A stretch of DNA of 64,000 nt from Selaginella moellendorffii (Eukaryota; Plantae; Lycopodiophyta): NCBI RefSeq assembly GCF_000143415.4, contig NW_003314326.1, forward strand, positions 995,575 to 1,059,574. Direction: 5' to 3'. Under the pieces are notes generated by a model that did not search any database, had not been told where the DNA came from, and worked only from the letters and a program-made list of their open reading frames with translations. Shown one piece after another: positions 45,036 through 59,781 of this stretch (within the stretch, counting starts at the first letter, position 1; each line of letters opens with the position of its first letter). A program made the translations under genes and the position numbers.

Positions 45036-48000
45036 TAGTTCCAATCAACACTTTGTACTTGGAACTTTATCCCTTAACCTCACAAGGACCTTGTCCTTGC
45101 TTTTGGCCATAAGATCACCTAGTGATTTAACCTTGGCACCTTAACAGGTTTGCCAATAGGTACTAGGTCTTCTAGACCTTCAAGTTGTTGACCATGACCC
45201 CGGGGGCATCCCCCACACTTGGCGGTGCACCCAAGCCAGCACTTCCGGCCAAGGGTCCATAGCAACTGAGATTAGGTGTCCCCATCTCACTCACCACGTC
45301 CTTGGTGCCACTTGCACCAAAGCGTTCAAGTTAGATATGCCAAGCTTTCACACTAAGCAATCTAACCATGCATCACGACTCCGAGGCATCCCTCGCTTGG
45401 CGGTGTGCCCAAACCAGTCTCCCCACTGAGAGTCCATGACCACCGAAATATGAGTGTCCTCATATTCCAAACCATCACCACGCCCTAGTGATTTGGGTCT
45501 CAAACCCAAGCACTAGAGGGTCGGGACTCGAACCCAACCTCCGTATATGCATCTACGGACGGCATCACACCGGATGCCTCGCATGACTCCCCACGCCGGT
45601 GCACCAACTTATACTCAAAGCGCGCTACAGATCACAGCTTAGGAACCTAGTTCCTCCGCACTGCCAAGTCCTCTCACTTGACATGACTGTGATCATGCAT
45701 GGACTCCTCCATGCTCGACCCCATAGCCCACCCTTTTTTGAAGTTATCACCTTCAACTAGGGTATTTGTTCCCCTGACGTGCCAATCTCGCTTGGCAAGT
45801 CCTCCAACCACTGTAACATGGTTCCCGCATAAGCGTGAAAGTCCTTGACCATCGACTTTCATTCAAAGCCCTCTCTTTGAACACTCGGGAACTACTTCCC
45901 TAACCTTGATAGCCTTGCCTCATGGCAAGCTTCAAGACCACGCTTTTGCTACGCCACTTTGATTTCGCGTGTTCCATGAACCATTTACACTTGGCCTTTC
46001 TAAGTACTAAGCTACCTAGAATCGTCTTTGGGAACCTTGAAGGAACTCTGTCCCTTAGCTTGCTAAAGCCTCCTTTTTTGCAAGCTTTCCAATTACCATA
46101 TAGTCTAACATGGACAATTCCATATTTTAGACTCTCCATGGCATCACGGTTGCTAGCGGCAACACCCTTGAGCCCCCACTTGATCCTCCACTCCCAGCTG
46201 GCATAACCAACCTTGGTTATGCCCTTCATTTCCTATGGTTCGGTTCTATCCTCTTACTTCTTGCTTTTGGCTTCACACCTTTCCTTCGGTCATTCTCCTC
46301 CAGACCAGGAGGATAGCTTTGCACTTTCTATCATGCCTTAGCAAGTATTCTTAGGGATGAACCTACCCGATAGCCTAGGGAGTGGTTCCTCAATCCAGGT
46401 ATGCTCACCCTATAATCCCACACACCGGGATTACGTTGTTGCTTATGAGCCTTTGCATGCCCATCGCTAGCCTTGCCAAAATTCCATTTTTGGCTTTGTC
46501 CAATTCGAGTAGACAGTCTTCTCTTGTCTCCGCCACCTTGGACATTTGGATAGCACCTACTACCCATCATTTGCTAGGGACTTAGTCCCTTGGGCCGGTC
46601 CTACAACTCATTGCTGGTGCTTCCACACCTCCATCATTGTTTTGGTCACCACACTCTACCACATGCCTTCCAGCTTAGGCTATGTCATTCCCATTTTCGT
46701 TAGGATTCCCTTGGCAAGAGGTTCTTATAAACTCACCAACATAACATCAAGGTATCACACCTTGGCACATTTGGTGTCTCCACACCATTGGCCCCACGAG
46801 CCTATCCTTATGACACTACTTATTAGTATCTAGGTCTTTGCCAAGACCAATATAGTTGTTCCTCATGCTAACTATTCGTTAGCACCGCACTATAGTGTTT
46901 GCACCCAACTCTAGGCCAAAGTTTCTTTCTTCTGGGAACACCTTTCCCACAAATTTAGCATGGCACACTCTGCCATCAATGAGATACCTACTGTTCTCAT
47001 ACTTGGATCTTATGATCCCCCCCCCATCCTTCGTAGGGTACCACACACCTCAGTCCAAATGCTCCATTAGTCCTTTTAGGACCATTCCTTGACTCTACTT
47101 GAGTCATCCCGCAGTTTTGGACTTGGTTAATCCACAGACCCGTAAGGTCCCACTTGTGAGGCACTAGCTCACTGGAATACACTTCTTGCATTCCTGTCCT
47201 ACTCAGAAGGACTATTTTCATAAGTGTTACTCTGACACTTGTTTTTGTTCTCTGAGGCAACCTCTGCCCCTTAGGACTACTTGTCCATGTGATGAGAATA
47301 CCAACTCATCTCTAAGTACACCCCCCAACTCCTTGGGTTGTTCCAGCATTTATTAAAGGTAGCCCCGGCTACCATTTCAAGGACTTGAGTCCTCTTCCGT
47401 ATTTGACCTCCCACGGTCATTACTTATGGTCTCACATTCATGAGCACCAACCTCAACTATATGAGGATAATCTTGTGACTCCCTTATTGCTTTGGAGTCT
47501 TTATCTTTCCTGTGATCCCAAATTTAGTTGTTTACCACAACTACATTGGCCATTTATTGAGTCAAACGCTCATCTGGATCACATCCTCAACTCTCTGAGG
47601 AAAACCATATACTGTTCCCAAAATCCCAAAGTCGTTCCCTTACCGGCCCCTTTTCTATCCACCACATTGCGCCCAAGTCACGCATGAACTTGGGTGGAGA
47701 GCCATGTCCTCTCGGCATGCTACTCCTCAAGGATAAGCCCACTGCTAGGACCTTCCAATGCCAACATCAATGGTGATATACTTGAGCCCCAATAAAAGTC
47801 GGACTAAGGAACAGTTCCGATACCAAATTGTAAGTGACTAAATTTTCCATTTTACTTTAGTCACTTAACTGCACCTCCGACCACTTGGAGGAGTCTCATT
47901 CACAACCTCCATAAATCCCAGTTAGGACTTGGGGCTTGCTAGCCCCGAGAATGGCCTCCGTGCCACTCCACCTTTGCACTTGGTCCAAGTGCTCCACGTG

Positions 48001-49620
48001 TCCGATCCCATGACCGACCCCAAGGCACCACCAACATACTAGCCCATTACGCTAGGCCATGCCCAATCACCTTGGTCACATCAGTGGTCCAACACCACCT
48101 GCATTGCAATCCCGTCTCTCCAAGACTGGGCTATCCGTCCATGAGTGGTCATCCCAGATCCACTCCTTAGCATCCTTAGGATGCCCACAGACATGGGAAA
48201 TAGCCTTCCCCAATATCTCCTTTTTGGTCCCCACCAAGTCCCTTTCTGTCCATGTCCGTGTTCACCAACACTGCCACTGGATCAAGGCCCGCAGGCCCGA
48301 CCACTAAGTCCCACTATCCTTTGGGACTTCCTCACCATGTGACCGTATCCTTGGTCACTGCATTAGAGGCCTACTCCTCTTCCCTTTCACCGTTTGGGAC
48401 TTTGGGACAACATTTCGGAACACCATGGCCTTACGCGAGCCTTATGGGTACTCCCCCCGCCTTCCACCCTTGGGTGCTCTAGCCATGGGCTTAGAGCGAG
48501 GTTCCGTTGAGCCACGACAGGTATCCAAGTAGGTAGTGCCACCCACACTTGGACTGGGAGCATCGGCCAGTCGATCTCCCGGGGGAACTAGAGCCGGCTC
48601 TTGAACACTTCACCAAGCTACCCCGCTTGTCGGTCCATGTTCACTCTAGTCTTGGACTTCCCAGTGGGCAGCTCATCACCCAACACTGGGTCCGGCCTTC
48701 CTAGGCCAAACTGGCCTTTCCTGGCCAAACTGGCTCCACTGCAGTCCTCCCCCTTACTATACTTTTGGAGCTCACCAAACCCCCCAGGGTCTGGGAGACG
48801 AACGCTTTGGGCTTTCACCCTCTCAGACTCAAACTCGGACTCAGACTCGGACTCGGACTCGGACTTGGACTCGGACTCGGGCTCGGACTCGGACTCGGGC
48901 TCGGGCTCGGCCTCAGCCTCGGTCTTGGTCTCGGTCCCAGTCTCGGTCTCGGTCTCAGTCTCGGTCTCGGCCTCGACTTCGGACTCCATCTCGGGTCCAT
49001 CTCGGACTCCATCTCGGACTCCATCTCGGGTCCATCTCGGACTCCATCTCGTGTCCATCTCGGGTCCACCTCGGACTCCATCTCGGACTCCATCTCGGGT
49101 CCATCTCGGGTCCATCTCGGGTCCACCTCGGACTCCATCTCGGACTCCATCTCGGACTCCATCTCAGGTCCATCTCGGGTCCATCTCGGGTCCACCTCAG
49201 ACTCCATCTTAGACTCCATCTCGGATTCCAACTTGGGTCCATCTTGGACTCCACTTCGGACTCCAACTCGGGTCCATCTCGGACTCTACTTCGGACTCCA
49301 ACTCGGGTCCATCTCGGACTCCACTTCGGACTCCAACTCGGGTCCATCTCAGACTCTACTTCGGACTCCAACTCGAGTCCATCTCGGACACTTCCACGTG
49401 TCATGTGTTGGTCCTTTTGGGTCCCTTTTTGGAGCCTCGCTTATTGCTCGCTTCGTGCTCGTTCCTCGAGCACTTTGTTGGGAGTTCCACTCCCGCTCTC
49501 GACCTTTTAAATCGGGGCTTTTAGTCCAAACGTGTTATGCTCGTTTGGCTTTCGCTTTGGCCACTACCACGTGGTGCCCTTCCAGCTCCACTTTGGGGCC
49601 TAGGGATTTTGTGTCTCACA
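45036..49620 (-). mobile_element. Family-A element X remainder: partial internal 45036-47828 and LTR 47829-49620
   Basis: PBS complement GATACCA before 47829. The LTR is followed directly by the PPT of the next internal region. ~250-bp internal deletion at ~46597. Confidence 0.8.
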
Positions 49621-52600
49621 ACTCCACCACCCCTAGACGAAGTTTGATGTCCTCATCAAATGGTAAACCCTTTCATAAAGTAACACCCACACGTGTTACC
49701 ATTTCCATCTTTGGCACCTAGCCCATATTTGTCTATGGTTTGACACCAAAGGCTCACCATGCCTTGTCCATCCTCTAAGGAGGGTAGTCTCTCCAACTTA
49801 GAGACTGATTGGACCACATGTAGTGGTTCTTTCCTTTTATTGGTTTAGTTCTTGCTAAACCTCTTAGAGACCCTTCTCTAAGTCAATCCCACTACTCCTT
49901 CTCGAGTAGTCTCAATTTCCATCTATTGAATGTTTGCACCTTGGAACTTTTACTCTTTGACTTCTGGAAGTCAATTTCCTAGGTGTCTCCAACACCTTGC
50001 ATTGCACATATTGTGCAACTCCACTTCCCCATCCTAGGAAGTTCTTTACTTGAGGGCACCATCATCCTCTCTTCTATTTCGTGCCACCTTGGGCACTAAG
50101 TTCCATTTATCATACTTTGTGCTAGGGCTGTCTATGGCCCTATCATTTGGCTAACTTATCGCTCCCTCCCTTGGAGCTTCCACTCTCGCCAAATCAGAGC
50201 AATTCAGAATCCATCCTTGGAAGCACACTTCCTTTCCCGCATTTTGTTAGCGTCCAACACATTAGTGTTCCTCGCCTAACTTTGCCACTTGGATTCCTTC
50301 CAAGGGATTCCACGGCCCTGTCTTGGCCACTTATCTTTTGCTCCTATCTGTTGATTGTTGCACTAAGCAACCCTGAATCTCTACCTCCCTTCTTAAGGTA
50401 TTCTTTTGATTCCATAGCAAAAGCTCTGCTTTGCCAAGACTAGGGTGTTCACCCCTAGTAAGTCTCTTTAGCATCTTCTGCTGTGGGCTCTATCCACGGC
50501 CCAACTTTGTGACCCTCCCATGGGTCTCTTTAGAGACTACTTTCCTTAGACACACTATGCCATCGCAATGACATAGCTCATTTCCCTAAGGTGCTTTTCC
50601 CACTTGGTCACCTTGACCAAGCCACACCATCATCAATAGTTCAAATCAACACTTTGAACTAGGAACCTTATTCCTCAACCCAAACAAAGACCTGGTCCTT
50701 ATTTAGCCATAAGATCACCTAGTGATCTCACCTCGGCACCTTAACAGGTTTGCCAATAGGTACTAGGTCTTCCAGACCTTTAACTTGCTAACTACGACCC
50801 CGGGGGCATCCCCCACACTTGGCGGTGCGCCCAAGTCAGCCCTTCCAGCCAAGGGTCCATAGCAACTGAAACTGGGTGTCCCCATCTCATTCACCACGTC
50901 CTTGGTGCCACTGGCACCAAAGTGTTCAAGTTAGATATGCTGAGCCACACTAAGCAATCTAACTGTGCATCATGACTCCGGGGCATCCCCCGCTTGGCGG
51001 TGTGCCCAAGCCAATCTCCTCATTGAGAGTCCATGACCACCGAAATATGAGTGTCCTCATATTCCAAACCATCACCATGCCCTAGTGATTTGGGACTCAA
51101 ACCCAAGCACTAGAGGGTCGGGACTCGAACCCAACCTCCGTATATGCATCTATGGATGGCATCACCCAGGATGCCTGGCGTGACTCCTCACGTCGGTGCA
51201 CCAACTTATACTCAAAGTGCGCTATAGATCACAGCTTAGGAACCTAGTTCCTCCCTACTGCCAAGTCCTCTCACTTGACAAGCCTGTGATCATGCATGGA
51301 CTGCTCCATGCTTGGCCCCATGGCCCACCCTTTTTGAAGTTATCACCTTCAACTAGGGTATTTGTTCCCCTGACTTGCCAATCTCGCTTTGGCAAGTCCT
51401 CCAACCACTGTAACATGGTTCCTGCACAACTGTGAAAGCCCTTGATCATCGACTTTCGTTCAAAGCCCTCTCTTTGAACACTCGGGAACTACTTCCCTAA
51501 CCTTGATAGCCTTGCCTCATGGCAAGCTTCAAGACCACGCTTCTGCTGTGCCACTCTGATTTCGCGCGTTCCTTGAACCATTTACGCTTGGCCTTTCTAG
51601 GTACTAAGCTACCTAGAATCCTCTTTGGGAACCTTGAAGGAACTCTATCCCTTACCTTGCTAAGGCCTCCCTTTTTGCAAGCTTTCCAATTACCATATAG
51701 TCTAACATGGACAATTCCATATTTTAGACTCTCCATGGCATCACGGTTGCTAGCGGCAACACCCTCGAGCCCCTACTTGATTCTCCACTCCCAGCTGGCA
51801 TAACCAACTTTGGTTATGCCTTTCATTTCCTATGGTTCGGTTCTATCCCCTTACTTCTTGCTTTTGGCTTCACACCTTTCCTTCGGTCATTCTCCTCCAG
51901 ACCAGGAGGATAGCTTTGCACTTTCTATCATGCCTTAGCAAGTATTCTTAGGGATGAACCTACCCGATAGCCTAGGGAGTGGTTCCTCAATCCAGGTATG
52001 CTCACCCTATAATCCCACACACTGGGATTACGTTGTTGCTTACGGGCCTTTGCATGCCCATTGCTAGCCTTGCCAAAATTCCATTTTTGGCTTTGTCCAA
52101 TTCGAGTAGACAGTCTTCTCTTGTCTCCGCCACCTTGGACATTTGGATAGCACCTACTACCCATCATTTGCTAGGGACTTAGTCCCTTGGGCCTTATCTA
52201 CTGCCCTCGCGACATCAAACACCACCTCCTGGTGTTCTAGAGCGTTCGGGTGTCCTAATGACGGCTTCCTTGACAATGAGCATTTCCTTTTATGACATTG
52301 ACTTATTATATCGCAACATAAGCAACTTATCCCCCGTAAGGGTATATCCAACTTCTCTATGCCATTAAGAGGGCTTGGGTAACTACCTTCTACTCGTTTA
52401 ACCAATTATTTTGCACCTCTTGCTTAGTTGCCTCGTAGTGGTCAAGTCCTACAACTCATTGCTGGTGCTTCCACACCTCCATCATTATCTGGGTCACCAC
52501 ACTCCAATTGCATGCTCTGCAGCTTAGGCTATGCCATTCCCATTTCTATTGGGATTCCTTTGGTAAGGGGTTCTCATGAACCCACCAACATAGCCTCAAG

Positions 52601-55357
52601 GTATCACACCTTGACACATTTGGTGTCTCCACACCATTGGCTCCACGAGCCTACTTCTATGACACTTCTTCTTTGTGTCTAAGTCTTTGCCAAGACCAAT
52701 ACCACTCTTTCTCATGCCAACCATCCGTTAGCACTGCACCATAGAGGTCACACACAACTTTGTGTCAAAGTTATTTTTTTTTGGAAACACCTTTCCCACG
52801 ACTTTAGCATGGCATATTTTGCCATCGATGAGATACCCTCTGTTCTCATCCTTGGATCCTATGATCCCCCCCCCCATCCTTCGTGGGGTACAACACACCT
52901 CCGTCAAAATGCTTCCATCAGTCCTTTTAGGACCATCCCTTGACTCTACTTGAGTCATCCAGCAATTTTGGACTTGGTTAATCCACAGACTTGTAAGGTC
53001 CTACTTGTGAGGCACTAGCTCACTAGAATACACTTTTTGCATTCCTGTCCTACTCAAAAGGACTATTTTCACAAGTGTTACTCTGACACTTGATTTTGTT
53101 CTCTGGGGCTAACCTTTGCCCCTTAGGACTACTTGTCCATGTGATGAGGATAGCAACTCATCTTTAAGTACACCCCCAACTCCTTGGGTTGTTCCAGCAT
53201 TTATTAGAGGTAGCCCCGGCTACCATTTCAAGGACTGGTGTCCTCTTCTGTATTTGACCTCCCACAGTCAACAATTCCGGTCTCAAATTTATGAGTACCA
53301 GCCTCAACCATATAAGGGTAATCTCCTTTATTATTTTGGAGTCTACATCTTTCCCGTGATCCCAACTGTAGTTGTTTACCACAACTACATAAGCCAGTTT
53401 GCTAAGTCAAATGCTCATCTGGATCACATCCTCAACTCTTTGAGGAAACCCTTATATTGTTCCCAAGATCCCAAAGTCGTTCCATTATTGTCCTTTTTCT
53501 ATCCACCACCGTGTCTACAAGTTCACACATGAACTATAATGGAGAGCCATGTCTTCCCGACCTGCTACTCCTCGAGGATAGGCCCACTCCTCAGACCTTC
53601 CGATGCCAACACCAATGGTGATATACTTGATAACCAATAAAGTCGGACTAAGGAACAGTTCCAATACCAAATTGTAAGCGACTAAATTTTCCATTCTACT
53701 TTAGTCACTTAACCACACCTCCGACCACTTGGAGAAGTCTCATTCACAACCTTCATAAGTCCAATTCAGGACTTGGGACTTGCTAGCCCCGAGAATGGCA
53801 TCCATGCCACTCAACATTTGCACTTGGTCCCAGTGCTCCACGTGTCTGATCCCATGACCGACACTCAAAGGTACCACCAACATGGCAGCTTGTTACGCTA
53901 AGGCCATGCCCAATCACCTTTGCCACACTGGTGGTCCAATACCACTTGCATCACAGTCTTGGCTCTCCAAGACTAGGCAAACCATCCGTGAGTGGTCATC
54001 TCAGATCCACTCCTTAGCATCCTTAGGATGCCCTACGACAAGGGGAATAGCCTTCCCCAATATCCCTCTGTCAGTCCCCACTAAGTCCCTTTCTGCCCTT
54101 GGCCGTGTTTGCCAACACTACCACTGGATCGAGGCCCACAGGCCCGACCACTAAGTCCCACGGTCCTCTGGGACTTCCTCACCACACGACTGTGTCTTTG
54201 GTCACTGCCCCAGAGGACTGCTCCTCTTCCTTTCCACAGTCTGGGCCTTTGGGACAACATTTCGGAACACCGGGGCCTTACGCGAGCCACCTGGGTACTC
54301 CCCCCGCCTTCCACCCTTGGGTGCTCTAGCCATAGGCTTAGAGTGAGGTTCCGTTGAGCCACGCCTGGTATCCAAGTAGGTAGTGCCACCCACACTTGGA
54401 CTGGGAGCATCGGCCAGTTGATCTCCCGGGGGAACTAGAGCCGGCTCTTGAACACTTCACCAAGCTACCCAGCTTGTCGGTCCGTGTTCACTCTAGTCGT
54501 GGACTTCCCAGTGGTCAGCTCATCACCCAACACTGGGTATGGCCTTCCTGGGCCAAACTGGCCTTTCCTGGGCCAAACTGGCCTTTCCTGGGCCAAACTG
54601 GCCCTTCCTGGCCAAACTGGCTCCACTGGGCTCCAACCCCCACACTGGACTCGGGCTCGAACTCGGACTCGGACTCGGTCTCGGTCCCGGTTTTGGACTC
54701 GGACTCGGTCTCGGTCTCGGTCTCGGCCTCGGTCTTGGTCTCGGTCTCGGTTCCATCTCGGACTCCATCTCGGGTCCATCTCGGACTCCATCTCGGGTCC
54801 ATCTCGGACTCCATCTCGGGTCCATCTCGGACTCCATCTCGGGTCCATCTCGGACTCCATCTCGGGTCCATCTTAGGTCCATCTCGGACTCCATCTCGGA
54901 CTCCATCTCGGGTCCATCTCGGACTCCATCTCGGACTCCATCTCGGGTCCATCTCGGGTCCATCTCGGACTCCATCTCGGACTCCATCTCGGGTCCATCT
55001 CGGACTCCATCTCAGACTCCATCTCGGGTCCATCTCAGACTCCATCTCGGGTCCATCTCGGACTCCATCTCGGGTCCATCTCAGGTCCATCTCAGACTCC
55101 ATCTCGGGTCCATCTCGGACTCTTCCACGTGTCATATGTTGGTCCTTTTTGGATCCCTTTTTGGAGCCTTGCTTATTGGTTGCCTCGTGCTTGCTCCTCG
55201 AGCACTTTGTTGGGAGTTCCACTACCACTCTCGACCTTCCAAGTCGAAGCTTTTAGTCCAAACGTGTTATGCTCGTTTGGCTTTCGCTTTGGCCACTACC
55301 ATGTGGTGCCCTTCCAGCTCCACTTTGGGGCCTAGGGATTTTGTGTCTCACACAAGT

Positions 55358-58300
55358 GTGGTGAGTTGTTATAGCGCATTTTTGCGAGTCCCAAATGACT
55401 TACCCAATCAGCTTGGTCTCCAGAGACATAGCATCGCAAATAATCCTCCAACTTTCTATTCACCCTTTTCGTTTGTTCATATGTAAAGAAGTGTTAGTGC
55501 CATCAAACTTGACTTAATACCCAATACTTGTCTGTGGCTGATAGGCTGTGCTGAATTTCAAGTTGGTGTGATACTATTCTAGGAGAGTTCTCTAGAACCT
55601 ACTGCTGAAGATCTTATCTCGATCTGAGATAATCTCTTCTAGCCTTCCCCACACTTAAACCATTTATTCGAAGAATAGCTTCGCCACACCTTCCGCATCC
55701 ACTTCCGTTGTGGTGGATATAAAATGTAAGACATTTTTATGGACGATCTAGAATTGGGATGCTTTGTAACAAGCATCTATCAGCCTTAGTCACGGCTTTG
55801 ACCTGTTGACATGTTGGACATATCTTTACATAGTCTTGGACGTCCCTTGGTTCCTTAGCGTGCTAGACCATTGTTCTCATATACTGTCCGCACATCATCC
55901 TAAAAGGTTGCTATCGCACTGGATATTGCCAACTTTAAGCTCGCTTTTTGACTTAGAGCATCCACCACGATGTTGCTCTTCCCAGGTTTATATAGAATCT
56001 CATAATCAAACTTGGCCAAAATATTGGCCCACTGACCTTGTTTCCCTCTCAGGTTTGGTTGTGACAAGATATGTTTCGTTGCCATATTCTCCGTGTAAAC
56101 TTTGAAGTGTCTCCCAAGGTAGTGTTGCCACTCCTTGAGCGCTTTGACCACCGCAAACAATTCCTTCTTATGGGTAGGACACTTTCGCTAATCCTTGTCC
56201 AACTTCTTCGAAAAGAACACTACTGGATGGTTGTTTTGCTTTGACACTACACCCAACGCAAAGTCTGAAGCATCTGTTTCTACCTCAAAGTCCTTACTAA
56301 AGTTTGGTAATGCCAACACTAAGGTGAATAAATGTCACTTCACATTCTGTTGTGCATACCATTTTCCCTTTTCCCTTTTGGTCCGTTAAAGGTAGGGGTA
56401 CTTTCGAATAATGTTTGATAAATTTTCGATAGTAGTTGCATAGCGGACTCATGTACATTCAATGATTATTCCCATTCCTAGATCGCTTGGACCTTCTCAG
56501 GGCCCACCTTGAGCCCATCCTTGCCCATCACATGCCCGAGAAACTTTACCTCTTGTTAAGCAAAGTTACATTTACTTTCTTTAGCATACAGTTGGTGTTC
56601 CCTTAGTTTCTCAAACACCTTCGTCAAGTGTTCGCCATGCTCCTCTAGCATCTCGCTATAAATCAAGATGTCGTCAATGTAGATAACCACAAAATGATCC
56701 AGATAAGGTACAAAAATATAGATCATCAACACTAAGAACATTGCTGACACATTGCATAGCCCAAAAGGCATCACTAGAAACTCGAAACTTCCATACCTTG
56801 TTTGACAGATTGTCTTCTCGACATCTTCCTCTGCTACCCTGCTCTAGTAGTATCTTGACCTTATGTCGATCCTCGAGAAGTATTTTTCCCAGCCTATCAA
56901 ACAAATCCTCAATCCTTGGTAAAGGGTATTTGTTCTTCTTTGTATACTTGTTGAGCAACTGATAGTCTATGCACATGCATATAGATTCATCTTTCTTTTT
57001 CACTAGTGCTAAACCTAATACACCCTTTTTTTACTAACTCCTCAAGTTGGCATTTGAGCTCCTCGAGTTCTTTTTCATTCAACTGATAGGGGGGATGAAC
57101 CACGACCTTAGCACCCTCGACTAGCTTGATTTTATGTTCTATCGGTCGTTCGGGGGGTAACCTTGCTGGTAGCTCCTCTGGCATGGTATCTTGGAATTGG
57201 ATCACTTAAGGCATTTTCTTTGTTCCTGTTTTTTTGTCACTCCTTATCAAGAATAAGCACAAAAATGCTACCTTGGTTCCTTTAGTGAATTGTCCTCTTG
57301 AGGACACTAGGTTTAGGTAGGAGTCTTTGGCCTTACATTGCCCTACCTTTAGATCCTAGGCTTCCACTCTGGATCATTTTCCTTGGACATTTGCCAGTAC
57401 CACCAGGTTCCTACCTTGTCTATGCAAGGCTACCACAAACGAATTTAACCAATCCATCCCAAAAATTATATCAAAACTAGTCATGTTGTAGTGCACCTTA
57501 TCTCTTTTCCTTTAAACCAACTGAAAAAGGGGCAATTGCTTGATGAGAGAGCCCTTAGTGGCTATTTTATCCCTATTTATCCCCCATCTAAATCTCATCC
57601 CATGATCACATGCGCTACACATACCCTCTCTCTCTAGATGTTAATGTCCTCATTGACTATTGACTAACAACCTCTACTGAGCCAAGGGGAACCCATGATC
57701 ACATGTGCTACACTCACCCTCTCTCTCTAGATGTCAATGTCCTCATTGACTATTGACTAACAACCTCTATTGAGCCAAGGGGAACCAACACCTCCATTTC
57801 CGCATTGAATTTACCAATCCTTTCATTGTGTAAACCAACTATTCTATGTGAAGCAACTAGTCATCCACCCATACCGCAATCCCACGGTGGATACCTTTGT
57901 CCATGGATACTCCATATAAGAGGAAGGACGTACGCATGGATGCTCAATATATACAATTTCAAATTTAAGGGTAGAAATATACCTTGCTCAAGGGTATATT
58001 ATATTTTTAAGTAGATACTAATCAATGGGAATCGAACCCGTGCCATTTTCTCTGATACCACATGTAGCACACCTTATCTCTCTCCCCTTAAGCCAACTTG
58101 AAAAGGGGCAATTGCTTGATGAGAGAGCACTTACTGGCTATTTTATCCTCATGTATCCCCCAAGGTTCCAAGGATCCACGGTCACAATATATCCAAATCT
58201 CATCCTATGATCACATGCGCTACACATGTCCAATATGGTGAAATCCATATTTACTTTCCATGTCCCTACTTCAACTATTACTTGTTAAAGTACCTCATCG

Positions 58301-59722
58301 GTGCTTTGGCTACCTTGAACAAACTCTATAATTCTTGGTTCACCCAGCCGCTACACCATTGGTCTGACTTGCCGGACTTTGTCTACAGCCACAAAATTAT
58401 CCGAAGCATCCATGTTAATAAGGTTCTTAACAAAGCTACACTCCGAGCTTCCCTTGAAGGGCTAGTAGATGTCGCGAACGACTCTTTATCAAAGTTTTTT
58501 GTGTAATGAGTAACTTTGAGCTAGGGACTGGATCACATACCTTAGTTTAGATTTCACTCAACTTAATGCCCATATTGGCTCCGGCTTTCTTCAGGTATGG
58601 GCATTCTTTCGAAATTCATTACAGTTGAAGCATACATTGTTTCCCATGCTACTAGTAGATTTGACATTTTTATCCGTGTGTTTGTCTCTTTTCGCTTGAC
58701 TCCCCTTGCTTGCTGGCCACCGGATCTGCTTTTCTGGGACCTCGAAGACTCATTAATAGAGAAACTCTTCTTGAATTTCCCTTTCCTATATGTCCCTTTT
58801 GGTTTGGCCCTTTTGCTAAACGTGGACCCCGACCCCATTGTGTTCCCCTTTCGCAAGTTATCATTGAAATGCATCTTGATAGCTTCATCCAATGCTTCCT
58901 TGTAGTTGGTCAGGTTTCAACGCATCATCTCGCCGTGAGCCCAGGTTTGCAAGCTTGATATAAAGGCATGGAACACATCCATATCTCCCATATCCATGAC
59001 AAGTATCCTTTTTGCTATAAACCCATTCAAATACTCTTGAATGGTTCTGGTTTGCTTCAGCCTACTCAACTCATCCTTTAGATGCAGAGTAGTATTTGGA
59101 GGTACGTAAGTCACGTGGATCCTCACCTTCATCATTTCCCAAGTGGCCACTAGTCCTTCATTGGCCTCTGTTGTTCTCCACCAAGACTTGGCATTATCTG
59201 CCAAGTATGGTTTTGCACATAGTACCTTCTTCGATTTGGTAACCACAACACTCGGAAGTAATCCTCTATATCGTACAATTAATCCTCCACCACCTTATAG
59301 TCATTCACTCCCTTGAAGACCAGTGGAGGCTTTGGTTTGTACTTGGGAATTGCTTAAGGGACTGATTCCACTTCAGTTTGTTCAATCTTGTTTGGTTCTG
59401 CCTCAGTCCCTACCAAAAGGTCCACGCCTTCTGCATTGTCAGCATCTACAGTCTTTTTCTTTTTCTTCCGCTTCTCGTCAAGCTTTAGCTTGTGTACAAG
59501 AGTCTCCAGCAGGGCATTAGTCTGAGCCAATTGTCCTTCTAGAACGTTCAATCAAGCCTTGTACAACTGAACCTCACCACCAAACTCCTGTTCGGAAGTT
59601 TCCTCACTGGAGTCCTCCTCATGCAAGGATTCCTCATCCATAGCTTCTTGTTTGATCGGAGGCTTTAGCTCTGGAGAAGGTTCCATCTCTGCTTTGTTTT
59701 GTTTACACCTTGCCTTTGCCAT
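55358..59722 (-). pseudogene. Ty3/gypsy gag-pol pseudogene (gag, RT, RNase H, integrase)
   Basis: gag YLADNAKSWW..TWEMMK..LSRLKQTRTIQEY; [54 protein letters not shown]; RNase H ETDASDFALG, ELFAVVKALKEWQHYL, YKPGKSNIVVDALS. Many frameshifts. Confidence 0.92.
57487..58224 (-). mobile_element. TRIM family E, copy 2, inserted in B2 pol
   Basis: TGTAG..CTACA LTRs; PBS CTGATACCA at ~58052; TSD CATGT (57482-57486 / 58225-58229); small internal duplication at ~57600-57785. Confidence 0.87.
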
Positions 59723-59781
59723 CTCCTAGCAATTCGCCTCTATCCTTTGCTAGAACTGAGGAAAAGGCTTTAATACCAACT

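Larger units (their letters stand above)
19825..55352 (-). mobile_element. Outer family-A non-coding LTR element (LARD-like) enclosing further A copies and the DNA transposon
   Basis: Partial LTR 19825-20752 closely matches LTR 53673-55352. TSD CAAGT (19820-19824 / 55353-55357). An empty-site homolog lies at ~63775-63800. Internal region 49621-53672 has PPT and PBS but no recognisable gag/pol. Confidence 0.88.

Noticed and set aside
30977-55486. Many 150-340 aa ORFs rich in SDSDS, GLGLG, RSRSR, MESE or SPRW
   Set aside because: They are stop-free readings of the 6/11/12-bp LTR arrays, open in most frames and frameshifted between copies. They are not SR or surface proteins.
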